A DNA stretch of 59,493 bases from Alphaproteobacteria bacterium. GTDB taxonomy: Bacteria; Pseudomonadota; Alphaproteobacteria; Micropepsales; Micropepsaceae. Positions 55,735 through 59,493 of this stretch are shown piece by piece; the first letter of the stretch is position 1; each line of letters opens with the position of its first letter. The position numbers were made by a program, and so were the translations under genes. Below the pieces are notes generated by a model, which had not been told where the DNA came from, did no database searches, and was given only the letters and a program-made list of their open reading frames with translations. Location: assembly GCA_027456965.1 (NCBI GenBank), contig DAIDUA010000034.1:1-59493 (forward strand). Direction: 5' to 3'.

Positions 55735-57626
55735 GCTCCCGACCTCGCGACCGCCGGAACCAGCTGGGCGGCATGTGCCGGATAGGCGGTCGGCATCCTC
55801 GCCGGATCGCGCTGCTGCGCGTGCAACAGGATGTCGCGCGCCATCTGCACCTGGTAGTGGGCGATCGCCGCGCCATGCTCGATGATGACCGAACAGGCAT
55901 AGCGCGGATTGTCGACCGGCGCGTAGGCGATGAACAGGGCATGCTCGCGCAGATTCCAGGGCAACTGCCTGTTCCTCTTCATGCCGGTAAGGCGTTCTTC
56001 GCGCGTGATGCGCCGGACCTGAGCAGTGCCCGTCTTGCCGGCCATCTCGAAACCGGGCTCCGGAATGCGCCAGGCATAGGCGGTACCGATGACCTCGTTG
56101 GTGACGGCGTTCAGGCCGCCGCGCACGGCAGCGAAGGCCGTATCGGAAAACGGCAGTTTGGCTGGAACCGTCCGCGGCTGCAGTGTCGTGCCGACCTCGT
56201 GGACGATGCGCGGCACAAGCGCTTTGCCGCTGGCAATACGCGCGGACAGCATGCAGAGTTGCAGCGGGGTCGTCAGCACATAGCCTTGGCCGATGCCGTT
56301 GATCAGGGTTTCGCCCTGTTGCCAGGGGACACCGAACCTCGCCAGCTTCCAGGCGCGGCTCGGTATGAAGCCGCCGACCTCTCCGGGCATTTCAATGCCG
56401 GTCGGCGCGCCAAGGCCGAGCGCGCGCGCCGCAGCGCTCATCTTGTCGATGCCGAGCCGGCGCGCCACTTCATAAAAGAAGATGTCGCAGGACTCGGCGA
56501 TGCCGCTGTGCAGGTTGACCTCGCCGTGGCCGCCCTTCTTCCAGCAATGGAAATCGTGATCTCCGAGCGTCAGTGTGCCGGTGCAGAAGACCTGGAGATC
56601 GGCGAGCCCGTTGTCGACGGCAGCCAGCGCCATGGCCGGCTTGAAGGTCGAGCCCGGCGGATAGGTACCGCTGATGGCCTTGTTGAGCAGGGGCTTGTGA
56701 TCGTCGTCGAGCAAGGCGTGCCATTGCTCGTTGCTGATGCCGATGTTGAAGAGGTTGGGGTCGTAGCCAGGCGTCGAAGCCAGCGCCAGCACGTCGCCGT
56801 TGGTCGTGTCCATGACGACGCAGGCCGCGCTGTTGTCGCCCAGCTGCTGCTCGACGAAGCGCTGCAGATCGCAGTCGATTGTGAGATAGACGTCCTCTCC
56901 CGGCACGCCCGGCACGCTGCTCAACTGACGGATGACGCGGCCATAGGCGTTGACTTCGACACGGCTAAGGCCGCCCTTTCCGCGCATCTGCCGGTCGAAC
57001 TCTTTCTCGATGCCGCGCTTGCCGACGCGGAATCCCGGCAGGTCCAGAAGCGGATCGTCGTCACCCTTCTTGTCGTCCGGGCTCGCCGCCGCGACGTAGC
57101 CCAGCACATGGGAGAGCTGCTCGCCGTACGGATAGGATCGCGTCTCGCCAACATCGGGCTGGACGCCGGGCAGATAGGGAAGGTGCAGATTGATGCGCGC
57201 GAATTCATCCCAACTTAGATTCTCCACAACGGGCACCGGAGCGAATTTCTTGTTCTGGGCGATGTCGTGGAGCACGCGCTCCTTCTGCCGCGGCGTCAAA
57301 AGGATGATCTTGCCGATCTCGTTCAGGGCGGTCTCGACGCCGTCGGTCGCCTGCTCGGCGATGATGACCACGCGATAGTTCCGCCGATTGCTGGCCAGTG
57401 CGACGCCGAAGCGGTCGTATATGGTGCCTCTCGGCGGCGCGACCAGCCGCTGGTTGACGCGGTTGTCCTCGGCTTCGGTCATGTATTCGCTGCCGTTGAC
57501 GATCTGCAACTGATAGAGCCGCCCGGCGAGCAGCCCGAAGACGGCCGTCATGCCGCCAGTCAGCATCAGCGAGCGGCGCGTGAAACTCGCGTAGCGGCTT
57601 TTGTCCTTGCGGTCGAACAGAGGCAT
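55731..57626 (-). CDS. mrdA: Penicillin-binding protein 2
   Basis: PRG.IYDR.G, YPPGSTFK (SxxK), SCD.FFY (SxD), AGKTGTAQV (KTG); true start MPLFDRK at 57626. Confidence 0.97.
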   Translation of the reverse strand: MPLFDRKDKSRYASFTRRSLMLTGGMTAVFGLLAGRLYQLQIVNGSEYMTEAEDNRVNQRLVAPPRGTIYDRFGVALASNRRNYRVVIIAEQATDGVETALNEIGKIILLTPRQKERVLHDIAQNKKFAPVPVVENLSWDEFARINLHLPYLPGVQPDVGETRSYPYGEQLSHVLGYVAAASPDDKKGDDDPLLDLPGFRVGKRGIEKEFDRQMRGKGGLSRVEVNAYGRVIRQLSSVPGVPGEDVYLTIDCDLQRFVEQQLGDNSAACVVMDTTNGDVLALASTPGYDPNLFNIGISNEQWHALLDDDHKPLLNKAISGTYPPGSTFKPAMALAAVDNGLADLQVFCTGTLTLGDHDFHCWKKGGHGEVNLHSGIAESCDIFFYEVARRLGIDKMSAAARALGLGAPTGIEMPGEVGGFIPSRAWKLARFGVPWQQGETLINGIGQGYVLTTPLQLCMLSARIASGKALVPRIVHEVGTTLQPRTVPAKLPFSDTAFAAVRGGLNAVTNEVIGTAYAWRIPEPGFEMAGKTGTAQVRRITREERLTGMKRNRQLPWNLREHALFIAYAPVDNPRYACSVIIEHGAAIAHYQVQMARDILLHAQQRDPARMPTAYPAHAAQLVPAVARSGA

Positions 57627-58153
57627 CAGATGTCGCTCCGCAACGGCCCGACGAGGCGGCGGTGCACGAAGCCCAGCAGGAACGCCATCGGCACGTAGAA
57701 CAGCACCGTCACGAAGAATTCCTTCACGTACGGCGCCAGCGGAACCAGCCTCCCGAAGTAGACCCCGACAATCGTATAGTCCGTGCTGCAGGCGATGAGC
57801 GCCGCCGTCGCGAAGCCAAGCACCGCGGCCCAGCCGGACAGTCCGGCAAAAGCGTCGCGCTGGCGGTCGATGACGGCATAGGTGGCGACGAACGACGCGG
57901 CCCAGATGCCGGGCGGCCCGCCGGACATGATGTCCTCCAGGACTCCGATCGCGAACGCCCAGCCCGGCGACATCAGGTCCGGACGCACCAGGCACCAAAA
58001 ATAAACTGGCATCAGCGAGAGCAGCGGCGGCGGCACCCAACCGCCCAGAAAGGAAATCGGCAGATTGGCCACAAGCACGCCCAGCACCCCGAACAACACT
58101 GGGATGATGCTGGAGACCAATTTGCTGCCCATGATGCTACCGACGCGTTCCAT
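57626..58153 (-). CDS. mreD: Rod shape-determining protein MreD
   Basis: Hydrophobic 175 aa protein, VYFW...RP, F.IG.L.D...G.P.G; lies between mreC and mrdA. Confidence 0.9.
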   Translation of the reverse strand: MERVGSIMGSKLVSSIIPVLFGVLGVLVANLPISFLGGWVPPPLLSLMPVYFWCLVRPDLMSPGWAFAIGVLEDIMSGGPPGIWAASFVATYAVIDRQRDAFAGLSGWAAVLGFATAALIACSTDYTIVGVYFGRLVPLAPYVKEFFVTVLFYVPMAFLLGFVHRRLVGPLRSDI

Positions 58154-58162
58154 GGTGCGATC

Positions 58163-59245
58163 TCACTCGACACCGTCATCGGCGGTGCCGCCAGCGGGAG
58201 CAGGCTGCGTCGCACCCGGGACCTTCTTGGCGGCCGGAGGCTGGACAGGCGCAACGGTAACGGCCGGCGTGGCCGGCGGCGCCTGTGCCAAGTCTGCGCC
58301 CGGCCCTGCTGGCGTCGGACCGCCCCCCTGCGGCGTTGCCGGGGTCGTGGTATCCGGCGGCGGCGCCTCGGGCGGCAGTCCCGCAGCCGTGACTGGAAGA
58401 TCGTTCGACGTCAGCGCCGGCGGCTGCTCGGGCGGCTGCTTGAAATCGAGGATCTCTACGTCCTGCGCCGTGCTCAGGTCGGCGAACAGCGCCACGCGGT
58501 AACCCTTGCCGTCGGCGACGACCGTGCCGATCGGCAGACCGGCCGGCAGGATGCCCCCGTCGCCCGAACTGACCACCTGATCGCCTACGGCCAACTGCCT
58601 GCCCTGCGAGAAGGTGTCGATCACCGGAGAAGCGGAATTGTCGCCCGCGATGATGGCATGGACGCTGCCGGGCTCGATGGTCACCGGGATGCGGCTGTTC
58701 AGGTCGGTGAGCAGGATAACCCAGGAGGTGCGCTCTCCGGCGAGGAAAATGCGCCCAATCATGCCGCGCGCGTCCACCACAGACTGCCCCGGCTTGATCC
58801 CGTTGTTCTTGCCGGCGTCGAGAATCATCGTCTGCAGGAAGGGATGGCTGGCCCGTCCGATCACGCGCGCCACCACGGAGGACAGTGCCGGATCTGGCAC
58901 CGCGTGCAGCAGAAGCTGGTAGCGCTTGAGCCGGTCGTCCAGGGCGATGGCCGTGCTGTGCCATTGGCGCAGGCGCGCGTTTTCCTCCTTGAGCCGCAGG
59001 TTTTCCTGATAGACGGTGAAAATCTCGCCGATCGAACCGATCCAGCGGTTGGCCACATTGACCGGCGCGCGGGAGGCCTCGAGCGCCGGCATCATCCAGT
59101 CCATGACATGCGCACGTGCGCGATCGAAGATCGACGATTGCGCCTTGCCGATTAGAATGAGCGCCACCGCAAGCGCGGCGACGATGATCAGCGGGAGGTG
59201 CGCGCTACCTCGCGTTCGCGCAATTCTCCATGTCCCGTTCGCCAT
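58163..59245 (-). CDS. mreC: Rod shape-determining protein MreC
   Basis: N-terminal TM helix, coiled coil EN.RL..EN..L, ARVI, L.TD.NS.IPV, SG.GG..P.G.P.G.V. Confidence 0.95.
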   Translation of the reverse strand: MANGTWRIARTRGSAHLPLIIVAALAVALILIGKAQSSIFDRARAHVMDWMMPALEASRAPVNVANRWIGSIGEIFTVYQENLRLKEENARLRQWHSTAIALDDRLKRYQLLLHAVPDPALSSVVARVIGRASHPFLQTMILDAGKNNGIKPGQSVVDARGMIGRIFLAGERTSWVILLTDLNSRIPVTIEPGSVHAIIAGDNSASPVIDTFSQGRQLAVGDQVVSSGDGGILPAGLPIGTVVADGKGYRVALFADLSTAQDVEILDFKQPPEQPPALTSNDLPVTAAGLPPEAPPPDTTTPATPQGGGPTPAGPGADLAQAPPATPAVTVAPVQPPAAKKVPGATQPAPAGGTADDGVE

Positions 59246-59283
59246 GCTCGACCCAGCCTACGCAACATTAACCCCCGGTGAAA

Positions 59284-59493
<210 letters not shown>

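Noticed and set aside
57627-58040. N-terminal extension of PBP2 in the ORF track (769 aa)
   Set aside because: Overlaps mreD in another frame; the real start is ATG 57626, coupled to the mreD stop.
58163-58440. Pro/Ala/Thr-rich low-complexity tail of MreC
   Set aside because: Common disordered extension in proteobacterial MreC; not novel.

Overview
High-GC alphaproteobacterial chromosome segment (gene style suggests Rhizomicrobium/Micropepsales; not verified). The left flank (1-4.1 kb) carries amino-acid catabolism genes: partial rocD, an amidinotransferase/arginine-dihydrolase-like gene, an Lrp/AsnC regulator, tnaA and a small secreted protein. The right flank (54.4-59.5 kb) is core genome: tRNA-Lys(CTT), rodA, mrdA, mreD, mreC and partial mreB. 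Between them lies a ~50 kb genomic island bounded by the tRNA-Lys 3' end (54447-54481) and a degenerate 35-nt copy of it (4109-4143); no integrase is visible. The island is a plant-glycan utilisation locus with four modules. (1) L-rhamnose catabolism: kinase, two aldolases, isomerase, DeoR regulator, two lactate-type dehydrogenases and RhaT. (2) A TonB-dependent receptor with secreted CAZymes (GH137-like, two GH78, GH29, GH42, GH106, SGNH esterase, GH127/146-like) whose combined activities match rhamnogalacturonan-II side chain B. (3) A GH127/146 - RuBisCO-like protein - DUF1537 kinase operon converging on a racemase-fold/MFS operon, a candidate pathway for the branched sugar aceric acid (or apiose). 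(4) Two family III CoA-transferases, MaoC, two signal-peptide-less solute-binding-fold proteins, a sugar ABC transporter, IclR, Gfo/Idh/MocA and a keto-deoxy-fuconate-dehydrogenase-like SDR, a candidate CoA-dependent route for an O-methyl-deoxyhexose. Family calls come from motifs read by eye; the pathway assignments in modules 2-4 are hypotheses.
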